From: Promethearchaeota archaeon
Lineage (GTDB): Archaea > Asgardarchaeota > Lokiarchaeia > Sigyniarchaeales > SOKP01
Reading direction: 5' to 3'
Assembly (NCBI GenBank): GCA_030606485.1
Contig: JAUWGH010000003.1
Coordinates: 210,001-242,000 of the forward strand
Length of the DNA: 32,000 bases
The stretch's first letter is position 1. The number at the start of each line of letters is the position of its first letter. Below, piece after piece: positions 8,437 to 18,114 of this stretch. A model generated the notes under the pieces. That model did no database searches and was not told the DNA's origin. It saw only the letters and a program-made list of their open reading frames with translations. Made by a program: the position numbers and the translations under genes.

Positions 8437-9759
8437 ATGAAAGAGAGAGATAAACAAAATTTAATCGAATCTGCAAATAAAAAATTAAATAAAGCAGAAA
8501 GATTTTTCGAAATTGAGAATTATAATAAAGCCGCGAAACATTTCAAAAAAGCTGGAGAAGATTTCTTTAAAGTTGGGGAATATGATGCTGCTGAAAAAAT
8601 CTTTTCAATGGTAAGCAAATCTTATGAATACAGCCAAGAATATGAGAACATATCAGATTATTACAGGAAAGCAGCCAATGCCAGTTTAATGATAGATGAG
8701 TTTAATAAGGCAGGGCAAAGTTTTCAATTAGCGGCAAAATATGCTTTAAAGAAAGAAAGGTGCAAAGATCGAGATTTTAATGCATTGGTTTGTAGTAGTT
8801 TTTCATATTTCTGTTTTTTTTTATTGGGACGACAAGATAAAGGGTTAACATATATAAAATCAATAAAAGTCAAGGTGGATATGGATTCTTTTAGAGAGAA
8901 CATATTAACTCAACTAATAAAAAACATAACAACTGCAATCATTGAGAAAAATATTGAATCCCTGGAGGAAATTGAAAATAACCTAGAGAAATACAAATTT
9001 AGAAGGGGAGAATTACGATTAATAAAATTTGTATTACTTTTAGCTTATACTAATATTTCAATAAAAAATCAGCTAAATTTTAAAAAGGATAATTTCACAA
9101 CTGATGAAAAAATTGATTGTTCTCTTGATATTAATACAAAACCTTTACTTAATTTGACAGAAGATAAAGGTTTGAATTTTGAAATCAAAAAACTAACTTT
9201 TAATAATATAAGAATTACCGCTTCAAATAATTTATCAATAATAAGAAGGCCACAATTACCAATCGAATTGAATAAAGGAGAAAAAATGAATTTAAAGTTT
9301 AAGGCCGTTTCAAATTTTCCTGATCCAAAATCATTTTTTGGGCCAATATTAATAACTTCAAAAATAAATGAACTTTTAACATTTTATATAAAATCAAAAA
9401 TACAACATTTAAAGATTAGTTCTCCTCCTACGCAACTTGGAGTTTATTTTAAAAATTTAAGACCTCCATTAATAAATCAAACTTTTCCAATGGAGATAAC
9501 CGTTTCTAATAAAAGCACTGGAGAAGCTTTAGAAATTGAAATTGAACTAGAATTCCCTAAGGAATTAAAAGTTATGCGCGGGACAACTAAAAAACAATTA
9601 TATTCAATCAGACCAAATGAAGAGATAAGATGGGAAATTCAAGTTAAGCCACTTGAACCAGGTGAATTTGATATAAATACTACAGTAAAATATAATGATA
9701 GTGATAATAACATTATTGGTCCAAAATCAAAAGCATATCCAATAAAAATAAAGTTATAA
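8437..9759 (+). CDS. Hypothetical protein: N-terminal SNAP/TPR-like helical repeats plus two C-terminal beta-sandwich (Ig/CARDB-like) domains
   Basis: Repeated A..F.KA/Y.KAA helical units in the first ~200 aa. The last ~230 aa have alternating beta-strand patterns (FPMEITVSN, EIELEFP, WEIQVKP, FDINTTVKY). Confidence 0.7.
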   Translation: MKERDKQNLIESANKKLNKAERFFEIENYNKAAKHFKKAGEDFFKVGEYDAAEKIFSMVSKSYEYSQEYENISDYYRKAANASLMIDEFNKAGQSFQLAAKYALKKERCKDRDFNALVCSSFSYFCFFLLGRQDKGLTYIKSIKVKVDMDSFRENILTQLIKNITTAIIEKNIESLEEIENNLEKYKFRRGELRLIKFVLLLAYTNISIKNQLNFKKDNFTTDEKIDCSLDINTKPLLNLTEDKGLNFEIKKLTFNNIRITASNNLSIIRRPQLPIELNKGEKMNLKFKAVSNFPDPKSFFGPILITSKINELLTFYIKSKIQHLKISSPPTQLGVYFKNLRPPLINQTFPMEITVSNKSTGEALEIEIELEFPKELKVMRGTTKKQLYSIRPNEEIRWEIQVKPLEPGEFDINTTVKYNDSDNNIIGPKSKAYPIKIKL

Positions 9760-9801
9760 AAGTTATTAAAAAATTAAACTTATTTATGCCTTTGTTTTAT
9801 T

Positions 9802-11052
9802 TTAAATACGCTCAATTATCATACCTCCTAAAATTACCGGACTTGATGCGTTAAAAATTTTTGTTGCTTTCTCTAATTTAGAACTATTTTTCGCATAAAT
9901 TTTAAAAATTAGGTCTCCTTCCTTAACCAATGCACCAATTTTTTTGAAGAGTTGGACCCCAGCTAATTTTTCTTGCGGACAGCCAGCTGTTTTAGCAATT
10001 TTATTAATTATTGAATTATCAATATCGGTTACATAGCCTGATTTAGCTGAGAAGAATTCTGCTTCTTCGGGACCCACTTCAATATCTTCAGGTTTGATAT
10101 TTGGATTTCCCTCTTGGATTTCTATGATTTCCTTCATTTTTTCTAATGCTTTTCCAGATTTTAATATATTTTTTGCCATTTGTTGTCCTGTTCCTTGTTG
10201 GGCTTTTCCACCCATTTCTAATAGTATACCCGCTAAATCAGTTGATTTTTCAATTAAAGAATTTGGTCCTTTCTTATAATCATATAAAAGGTGTAAGGCT
10301 TCCCGTGCTTCAATAGCTGGACCTACACAATGTCCAATAGGTTGAATTGCATTTGTTAAGGCACATTCTGTGTCAATTTTTACTTTTCTCGAGATTTCTT
10401 TAAAAAATAACGCGAATTTTCGCCCTTCATCAGCGTTCTTAAATTTAGTACCTTTTCCACAAGGAATATCTAAAACTAATTTTTTCACGCCCATAGACAT
10501 TTTTTTAGCTAAAATTGATGGAATCATTAGACCAAATGGATCTAAGTGTAAATTTTTCTCAATTCTAATTAAAATCGAGTCTGCGGGGGCTGTCTCAAGG
10601 TGTCCCCCCAATATAATACAAGCACCATTATTTTTTATCATTTTTTTAACCTCATCAGATTTAAATTTAACAGGTGCAAGGACTTCCATTGAGTCAGCCG
10701 TACCAGATGGAGAAGTAATCGCTCGCGTTGAAGTTTTTGGAATAATTAAACCAGCTGCTGCAACTATTGGGACAATTATCAAACTCACTTTATTCCCTGG
10801 AACTCCACCAGTGCTATGTTTATCATATACATCCGAACCAAAATCAAATAAATCTCCAGTACTTACTTCTGCTTGTGTTAAATTAATAATTTCTTCATTT
10901 GTCATTCCTTGGATTTTAATTGCTGTAATCAAAGCAGCAAGTTCTATATCTGATAATTTTCCATTAACTGTATCTTTTATAATTTCTCTAATTTCTAATG
11001 CGGATAATATTTTTCCTTTAATTTTTTTTAAAATATAATCGTAGCTTGACAT
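9802..11052 (-). CDS. AMP phosphorylase (archaeal thymidine/AMP phosphorylase family), short form
   Basis: DKHSTGGVPGNK, PKTSTRAITSPSGTAD, SILAKKMSMG, LDIPCGKGTK and QPIGHCVGPAIEA motifs, matching the archaeal AMP phosphorylase core. Confidence 0.9.
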   Translation of the reverse strand: MSSYDYILKKIKGKILSALEIREIIKDTVNGKLSDIELAALITAIKIQGMTNEEIINLTQAEVSTGDLFDFGSDVYDKHSTGGVPGNKVSLIIVPIVAAAGLIIPKTSTRAITSPSGTADSMEVLAPVKFKSDEVKKMIKNNGACIILGGHLETAPADSILIRIEKNLHLDPFGLMIPSILAKKMSMGVKKLVLDIPCGKGTKFKNADEGRKFALFFKEISRKVKIDTECALTNAIQPIGHCVGPAIEAREALHLLYDYKKGPNSLIEKSTDLAGILLEMGGKAQQGTGQQMAKNILKSGKALEKMKEIIEIQEGNPNIKPEDIEVGPEEAEFFSAKSGYVTDIDNSIINKIAKTAGCPQEKLAGVQLFKKIGALVKEGDLIFKIYAKNSSKLEKATKIFNASSPVILGGMIIERI

Positions 11053-11226
11053 AAAATCACATTAAGTAAGTATCAATTAAATTTCATAAAAAAATGACTT
11101 ACTAATTTATTATAGATATTAGAAATACTTAACTTTAATCATATTCATTCAAAATAAGGAGAGAGATGAGAAAATATTGAAATTAATTCAAATAAATAAA
11201 AATTTGGAAAAAAAAGTATTTTTCTG

Positions 11227-11562
11227 TTAATATTGCACCCATATTCCTATAATATGACCCAATAAAAGAAGAAGTAATGGTAATACAATTATTATAAATA
11301 TTAAAATAAGAATGTTTTTTATAGTATTGCGATAAATATGATATTTTTTGCCCATTTTGTGTTGACGATAAAAATAAACACAAATAAAAATAGTAAGTAT
11401 TGGAATGGTTATTATCCAATAATACAATAAAATATATCCTAAAAAAGCAACAGCTGCAATAATTAATGGGAAAAGAAAAAAACAAGAAATAAATGCTACA
11501 CATAAAATAGTTAAAAGAACAAGAATTTGAATATCCTCTTTCTCTAATTTGTCAAACGGCAT
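11227..11562 (-). CDS. Hypothetical small membrane protein
   Basis: 111-aa ORF with three hydrophobic segments and an ATG start; no family recognised. Confidence 0.5.
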   Translation of the reverse strand: MPFDKLEKEDIQILVLLTILCVAFISCFFLFPLIIAAVAFLGYILLYYWIITIPILTIFICVYFYRQHKMGKKYHIYRNTIKNILILIFIIIVLPLLLLLLGHIIGIWVQY

Positions 11563-11725
11563 AAAAATCTTAATCTCATTTATTATTAATATTATATATT
11601 AAGTTTTTATTTATAAAGTGTTTGGTTCCGTTATTATACGAGCTCGGTAAAAAATATCTTGGAAAATCTGCTTATCTCATCAAAATGATTGAGTTAAATT
11701 AATTAAGGGATATTATTTTTCTAAA

Positions 11726-12883
11726 TTATTCTCCTTTTAAATCTATTGATTTAATTACGTTAAAACAAATTTCCAAACAACTATTGAGAATTTCAGGAGA
11801 ACATTTATCGGGAGTATCTTTTACTGAATGTATAAATTTACAATCTTTAACTGAATGAATACAGCATACTTGAAATTTTTCATTGGTTTTTTCAGAAAAT
11901 GACTTAAATGATATATGGTCGCTTTTAATTGGAATATTACTATTAAATTTTATTAAGGAAATATTCAATTTTTTTGCTGTTGCTTCAATAATACTATTTA
12001 AATTATAATTAACATTTTTCTTTTTAATTAAACCAATTTTTTCTTCAAGTCCAATATAGGTACCAACCATATCAATATTAATATTAAAAGAATTAGAGAG
12101 ATCAAATTTTTGATTTAATTCATCAAAATATTTCTCACAAAATCTTTTTGAACCATATAAACCAAATTCTTCGGCACCGCACCATAAAAATAGTAGATTT
12201 ACATTTTTAAGGGAATTTTTATTAAATAATTTCACCAATTCAATTAAAATAGCAACCCCACTCGCATTATCAATTGAACCAGTAGATTCACTTTTTTTGG
12301 AGCTGAACATTAAAACAAATAATGGAAGTATATATGTGCCTACTAAAGAAGATATTGTAACAAATGATGGAAAGAAATCATCAATAGGTAATTCATAATA
12401 ATAAAAAAAAGTAATAATTACAGAAAGGAATAAAATAAATAAATAAAATGGTATGATAATAATTTTTAATACTAAATTAAATAATTTGTGCCATTTTAAG
12501 GGTAATATTGATACCATAGAATCGTAGTGAGCTGAAATAATAATTAAAGGTTGCCTAATTTTATTATTTTTTGCTGATATTTCTACAATAATATTTCGTG
12601 AATTCTTTTCCTTTATTAATGAAATACCACGTGTTTTATACGACATGGTTTTTAATAAGAGAAATATTAATAGAATTAGAACTAAACGTAGAATGAGCAT
12701 ATAACATATGAGTATTATATATATAGTTCTTAAAACAAGACGATTAGGATTAACCCATTTGAAATACTCAATATTAGTTTCAATATTCTCTTTTTTTAAT
12801 TCATTTTTAATATAGTCAATAGCGTTTATTTCGCCTATAGTCGAAGCTTCACGGTTAAAGGCTAAAGATTTAATATGCCCCAT
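11726..12883 (-). CDS. M28-family metallopeptidase with membrane-spanning insertions
   Basis: SAHYDS, GSIDNASG, GAEEFG, NIDMVG, SDH and IHS Zn-ligand motifs, interrupted by hydrophobic helices. Confidence 0.85.
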   Translation of the reverse strand: MGHIKSLAFNREASTIGEINAIDYIKNELKKENIETNIEYFKWVNPNRLVLRTIYIILICYMLILRLVLILLIFLLLKTMSYKTRGISLIKEKNSRNIIVEISAKNNKIRQPLIIISAHYDSMVSILPLKWHKLFNLVLKIIIIPFYLFILFLSVIITFFYYYELPIDDFFPSFVTISSLVGTYILPLFVLMFSSKKSESTGSIDNASGVAILIELVKLFNKNSLKNVNLLFLWCGAEEFGLYGSKRFCEKYFDELNQKFDLSNSFNINIDMVGTYIGLEEKIGLIKKKNVNYNLNSIIEATAKKLNISLIKFNSNIPIKSDHISFKSFSEKTNEKFQVCCIHSVKDCKFIHSVKDTPDKCSPEILNSCLEICFNVIKSIDLKGE

Positions 12884-13149
12884 TGTTGCCAGAGAATTAT
12901 AATTTATTAAATCTGAAATAGGAAATCACATTATATTTAATTATTAAAATTTATATCTACTTAATATTGTCTATTTATTAAAATTATGGCAATTATTGCC
13001 TATTCTTAAACACAGATTTAACATATTTTTAGGTATTTAAGCCTTGATCAACAAAATTCTATCCCTTGCAATTTGAAATTTATCAAATTCAAAATAAAAA
13101 ACAAATAGAAAAAGATTTTTTATACAAAGTAGAAAATTTTTATACCTTC

Positions 13150-14172
13150 TTAGAATTTCTTTCCATTTTTAAATGGTTGGCACCAAATGTGATGGGTTTC
13201 ACTTATAGAGATTTTCGTTGGTTCCTCTATGTTACAACCGATATGATCTTCCATTTCTGGGCATCTTGGATGAAAATAACATCCAGAAGGTGGATTTATT
13301 GCACTGGGAACTTCACCTTCTAATATAATCCTATTTGATCTTGTAGTAGGATCGAAAGTAGGTCGAGCTGATAATAATGCTTTGGTATACGGTTGTGTGG
13401 GATGGTAAAAAACATCATCAATAGTTCCTTCCTCTACAAATTTACCTAAGTACATTACTTCAATTCTATCTCCGATATGCTGAATTACACTTAAATCATG
13501 AGTAATGAAAAGAAGAGCTAAATTAAATTCTATTTGAAGATCTTTTAATAGATTTAGGATCTGGGCTTGGACGGAAACATCAAGAGCCGATGTGGGTTCG
13601 TCTAATATTATCACTTCAGGATTACATGCGAGGGCTCTAGCAATTACGATTCTTTGTTTTTGTCCGCCAGAAAATTCATGTGGATATCGATCCAAGTGTT
13701 CAACTTTCATGGAAACTGTTTCTAGAAGTTCTAGAACCCTTCTACGAATTTCTCTCCGCTTTTTCATTCCTTCCAATATTCTTAGAGGTTCACCAATAAT
13801 ATTAACTATTTTCCAGCGAGGATTTAATGATGAATCGGGATCTTGAAATACCATTTGAATCTTTTTACGATAATCCTGTGTAAAATTATTATCAATCCTA
13901 TCATCTTCAAAATATATCTCTCCCGATGTTGCAGGGACTAGATTTAAAATTGTATTCCCAATAGTTGTTTTCCCACACCCACTTTCTCCAACTAATCCTA
14001 GGGTTTCACCTCTATAAAGATCAAAAGAAACATCATCTACAGCTTTAACTACTCCAATTTTTCGGTGAAAAAGACCGCCAAAAATCGGATAATATGTCTT
14101 TAAATTTCTTACTGTGATTACAACATTTTTTTTTCTTTCTGAGATTTTTTCTTTTTCATTAATAACTGTCAT
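13150..14172 (-). CDS. Oligopeptide/dipeptide ABC transporter ATP-binding subunit (DppF/OppF-like)
   Basis: GESGCGKT Walker A, FSGGQKQR signature, ILDEPTSALD Walker B and C-terminal PSGCYFHPRC. Confidence 0.93.
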   Translation of the reverse strand: MTVINEKEKISERKKNVVITVRNLKTYYPIFGGLFHRKIGVVKAVDDVSFDLYRGETLGLVGESGCGKTTIGNTILNLVPATSGEIYFEDDRIDNNFTQDYRKKIQMVFQDPDSSLNPRWKIVNIIGEPLRILEGMKKRREIRRRVLELLETVSMKVEHLDRYPHEFSGGQKQRIVIARALACNPEVIILDEPTSALDVSVQAQILNLLKDLQIEFNLALLFITHDLSVIQHIGDRIEVMYLGKFVEEGTIDDVFYHPTQPYTKALLSARPTFDPTTRSNRIILEGEVPSAINPPSGCYFHPRCPEMEDHIGCNIEEPTKISISETHHIWCQPFKNGKKF

Positions 14173-14213
14173 TTCTTCACGTTCTTTTTATTTAAAACAA
14201 AATCTATTTATTA

Positions 14214-15491
14214 TTATACTTTATAAGATTCCTCACTTTCAGTTTCATCCCATTGGTATTTGGGCGATTCCTTATATTCAGGATCGAAAAGATGACACGC
14301 AATGAAGTATCTATCATTGATTTCAAGAAATCGGGGTTTAATCTTATCACAAATTTCCAAACGTTCAGTACATCTTGGATGGAACCTACAACCTGATGGG
14401 GGATAAATTAGATTTGGAACCATTCCCCGAATGACTGTTAACTTTGTATCTTTCTTTTCAACACTGGGAATAGCTCCTATCAATCCTTGTGTATATGGAT
14501 GCCGTGGATTTTTAAATAGATCCTCAGCCGTTGCATATTCTACTATATTCCCGCTATACATCACAGCAACCCTATCGCACAGTTCTGCAATAATTCCTAA
14601 GTCATGTGTAATCATAAGAATTGAAGTATCGAATTTCTTTTGTAAATTTTTCATTAAATCAAGAATTTGAGCTTGAATGGTAACATCTAAAGCAGTTGTT
14701 GGTTCATCGGCAATTAATAGTAGTGGGGTGCATGAAAGTCCCATTGCAATCATAATACGTTGCCTCATACCACCACTTAACTCATGTGGATATCTTTTTA
14801 GGATCTGTTTCGCATCTGCAATTCCGACTTCTTTTATAATTTGTTCTGCTTTTTCTAATGCTACATCTTTTAAATTTGGTGCTTTTGGTATTTTTTTTTT
14901 TAAATCTTTAATTTTTACCTTAAATTCTTCCTTTTCCGTTTCAGATAATTGTTCTTTATTTTCTTTAAATTCCTTTTTTAATTCTTTTAATTCTTGAACC
15001 AGTTTATCCCTTTCTAATAAACGCACATCTATTATTTTATTAAGCTCTTCTTCTTGATGCAACAAGAATACTTCCGCTACTTGGTCGCCAGCTAAAATAA
15101 CAGGATTTAATGAATTTAGAGGGTCTTGAAAAATCATGGTAATATCATTACCACGATGACTCCTCATTTCCTCTTCGGATAATTCCAGCAAATTAACGTT
15201 ATTAAACTCTATTGATCCTTCGATAATTTCTCCCGGCGATCTCACTAAACGTAATATTGAGAGGGCTGTGACAGATTTCCCACAACCAGTTTCACCGACA
15301 AGTCCAAGTACCTCATTTTTAAATATATTAAAGGAAACACCATCTACTGCCTTAACAATTCCTTCTTCGGTATAGAAGTATGTTTTAAGATTTTTTACCT
15401 GAAGTAAGAGGTTTGAATCTTCCTTTATAGCTGATTTCATTTGATTTTTTCTATTTTCTTCAATTATTTCTTTTTTTTCTGTGAGTGTCAT
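14214..15491 (-). CDS. Oligopeptide/dipeptide ABC transporter ATP-binding subunit (DppD/OppD-like) with a charged helical insertion
   Basis: GETGCGKS, LSGGMRQR, IADEPTTALD and PSGCRFHPRC motifs. Confidence 0.93.
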   Translation of the reverse strand: MTLTEKKEIIEENRKNQMKSAIKEDSNLLLQVKNLKTYFYTEEGIVKAVDGVSFNIFKNEVLGLVGETGCGKSVTALSILRLVRSPGEIIEGSIEFNNVNLLELSEEEMRSHRGNDITMIFQDPLNSLNPVILAGDQVAEVFLLHQEEELNKIIDVRLLERDKLVQELKELKKEFKENKEQLSETEKEEFKVKIKDLKKKIPKAPNLKDVALEKAEQIIKEVGIADAKQILKRYPHELSGGMRQRIMIAMGLSCTPLLLIADEPTTALDVTIQAQILDLMKNLQKKFDTSILMITHDLGIIAELCDRVAVMYSGNIVEYATAEDLFKNPRHPYTQGLIGAIPSVEKKDTKLTVIRGMVPNLIYPPSGCRFHPRCTERLEICDKIKPRFLEINDRYFIACHLFDPEYKESPKYQWDETESEESYKV

Positions 15492-15545
15492 ATTCTTTTT
15501 CCAAAAATTTTATTAATTTAATTTATAAATAGGTTGAATAAAATA

Positions 15546-16568
15546 TTACAAGTTTCTCAATCTCGGGTCTAAAGCATCTCTTAACCCATCACCAAACAGC
15601 ATAAAGCCCAAAACAGTTATCAAAATCATAATACCAGGCCACATAGCCCCCCACGGTGCGTCATATAAATGCATTCTTGCATCGGCAATATCATTTCCCC
15701 ACTCAATTAATTGAGGATCACTGAAACCCAAAAAACTTAAACCAGCTAAACTCAAAATAATCCCACCGATGTCGAATGTGAATGAAATTATAACTGGTTG
15801 GATACAATTCGGTAATATGTGTTTAAACATAATTCTCCAGTTTGATGCCCCAGCGACTTTTGCCGCTTGTACATAGGGCAACTCTCGAGCTTGTATGACT
15901 GATCCCCTAATTAAACGTGAATAATAGGGAATGCCAATAATTCCATAAGCTATCATTATATATTCAATATGTTGCCCCCAAATTGCGATAAATACCATAG
16001 CAAGAATTAATCCTGGAAATGCAAGAAAAACATCCATAATTCTCATTATAATCGACTCTGACCAACCTCCATAGAATCCAGCAATCACTCCAAAAATAAC
16101 TCCAAAAACAAGACTAAAAGATATAGCTGGTAAAGCGATTGTTAAAGAAGCTCTGGCACCATATATTATTCTCCCTAAAATATCACGTCCTAAAGTGGTT
16201 TGTCCTAAAGGATGTTCTGGAGATGGTGGATCCCACATACCTGTGTGAACACCAGCTAAATGTTCAAATGAATACAGTGAAAACCATGGAGCAAACACAG
16301 CTAAAGTAACAATAAAAAAGATAATTGCTATTCCCAAGATTGTTAATGTAGATTTCAATCTTCTAATGAATTTTCTTTTACTTATTTTCATTTCATACTC
16401 GCGTTCTCGAGACGTCAAATCGTCTAATCTAGAAGCGGGTATAAGTAGAAATTTAATATTATTTATAACCCAAGATAAAATATTTTTTATAACATTATCG
16501 CTCTCTTTAGATTTTGTTTTTTTCTCAGGTTCCTGTTTCAAACTTTCATGTTCCATAATATTTTTCAC
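15546..16568 (-). CDS. Peptide ABC transporter permease (DppC/OppC-like)
   Basis: HPLGQTTLGRDILGRIIYGAR and EAA-loop YVQAAKVAGAS...HILPN. The true start may be the ATG at 16556. Confidence 0.92.
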   Translation of the reverse strand: MKNIMEHESLKQEPEKKTKSKESDNVIKNILSWVINNIKFLLIPASRLDDLTSREREYEMKISKRKFIRRLKSTLTILGIAIIFFIVTLAVFAPWFSLYSFEHLAGVHTGMWDPPSPEHPLGQTTLGRDILGRIIYGARASLTIALPAISFSLVFGVIFGVIAGFYGGWSESIIMRIMDVFLAFPGLILAMVFIAIWGQHIEYIMIAYGIIGIPYYSRLIRGSVIQARELPYVQAAKVAGASNWRIMFKHILPNCIQPVIISFTFDIGGIILSLAGLSFLGFSDPQLIEWGNDIADARMHLYDAPWGAMWPGIMILITVLGFMLFGDGLRDALDPRLRNL

Positions 16569-16598
16569 TTCAATTCTTTTTTATTATTTATTTTTCCT

Positions 16599-17615
16599 TT
16601 AATATCTTATTCTCGGATCGATTAGTCCATAAATTAGATCAGCACCTAAATTAACCATAACAAATGTTAGTGTTATGACAAACACAACTGCATTTAAGAC
16701 CCAGTAATCAGTATTTCGTATAGCAATCATTACTAGAGCACCAACTCCGTTTAAATTAAAAGTTGTTTCTGTAAGAATTGCTCCTCCTAATAAACCGCCA
16801 AAACTCATTCCAATAACCGTGACTACAGGAATCATAGCATTCTTTCGGGCATGTATATTTATTACATCTTCTTCTTTACATCCTTTTGCTCTTGCTGTTC
16901 TTACATAATCCTGTTCTAAGACTTCCAACATACTTGAACGAGTTTGTCTAACAACCGAAGCAAGACTAATAAAGGATAAACAGAATACCGGTAAAATTAG
17001 ATGGTATAAATAATCAATAATCAAATAGATTTGTCCGGATAATATTGAATCAATTACTCTGAAATTAGTAATAATAGGCGGATCTCCAATACCTGGACTT
17101 TTATAATTAAGACCTGGAAATAGTGGAATATAATAAGAGAATACCAATCGAAGGATCATTCCCATCCAAAATACGGGAATAGCAACACCAACAAGGGCCA
17201 TTCCCCTAAATATTGTGTCTTTAGGTTTATTTCTGTTAGTAGCCGAAATTATTCCAGTTTTAATACCAACTATTGCGGAAATAATAATTGCCATAATGGC
17301 AATATCAAAAGTCCTTGTGAATCTATCTAGAACAAGATCCCAAACTGGTTGACCTTTATTAATAGAAACAGAAACACCCCATTGACCTGTAAATAAATCG
17401 CCCAAATATATAAAATATTGTTCTATTATTGGTTTATCTAGGCCAAGTCGATGCAATTGAAAATTATATTGTTCTGTTGTAAATCGATCACCTAGAAAGG
17501 CTAAAACTGGGTCTCCTGGCATAAATCTAGAAAGTACAAAAGTCAAAGTCAAAACTCCAAATAATACAGGTAATAAAGCAATAAACCTTCTAACTATATA
17601 TTTAATCAAACTCAT
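16599..17615 (-). CDS. Peptide ABC transporter permease (DppB/OppB-like)
   Basis: PGDPV, LGLDKP, DYVRTARAKG, HARKNA, ETTF and DLIYGLIDPRIRY motifs. Confidence 0.93.
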   Translation of the reverse strand: MSLIKYIVRRFIALLPVLFGVLTLTFVLSRFMPGDPVLAFLGDRFTTEQYNFQLHRLGLDKPIIEQYFIYLGDLFTGQWGVSVSINKGQPVWDLVLDRFTRTFDIAIMAIIISAIVGIKTGIISATNRNKPKDTIFRGMALVGVAIPVFWMGMILRLVFSYYIPLFPGLNYKSPGIGDPPIITNFRVIDSILSGQIYLIIDYLYHLILPVFCLSFISLASVVRQTRSSMLEVLEQDYVRTARAKGCKEEDVINIHARKNAMIPVVTVIGMSFGGLLGGAILTETTFNLNGVGALVMIAIRNTDYWVLNAVVFVITLTFVMVNLGADLIYGLIDPRIRY

Positions 17616-17652
17616 AAGACTTAAAATCCCCTTCTTATTCTGTTATTATTTT

Positions 17653-18114
17653 TTAAACATCTTCAATTTTTTTTAATTTTTCAATATATCTTTTATATTT
17701 CTCTTTTAAGATAGCAGCGCTAATAGCACTTACAAAGTTAATTCCAAGAAGTGATATAATTGTTAAATATCCTTCTATACACGTAAAATAAACACCAATT
17801 AAGGCTATATTAAATCCGTTAAGTAACCAATACCAAAACCACGATAATAGGATTATAATTGGAACGAGCCATATACTATTTCTAATTCCATATTCAAAGA
17901 AATTTTCTTTAATTACCATTAAAAATATAATTGCAATGAGAATTACTAATGATAGAATAGTGGATGGATTAAATAAAATCTGATATAAAAATACTAGTTC
18001 TTCCTCAATAGTTCTTAGATAAATATTACATATAAATCCGAAAAAAACAAAATGAATTAATAGAATAGCTAAGATAAAATTACCTTGCCTACTTAGATCA
18101 ATTTTAATTTTCAT
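17653..18114 (-). CDS. Hypothetical membrane protein (about 4 TM helices)
   Basis: 153-aa hydrophobic ORF overlapping the upstream ORF by 4 nt (coupled). Confidence 0.65.
   Translation of the reverse strand: MKIKIDLSRQGNFILAILLIHFVFFGFICNIYLRTIEEELVFLYQILFNPSTILSLVILIAIIFLMVIKENFFEYGIRNSIWLVPIIILLSWFWYWLLNGFNIALIGVYFTCIEGYLTIISLLGINFVSAISAAILKEKYKRYIEKLKKIEDV

Noticed and set aside
10370-11038. 222-aa plus-strand ORF, and similar antisense ORFs at 6118-6579, 23962-24303, 18592-18912 and 14677-14997.
   Set aside because: They lie fully antisense to well-supported genes and have no recognisable motifs, as expected for shadow ORFs.
11183-11503. 106-aa alternative-frame ORF overlapping the small membrane protein, and similar same-strand alternative ORFs at 27862-28191 and 31244-31450.
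   Set aside because: They overlap better-supported ORFs in another frame and have low-complexity, AT-driven composition.
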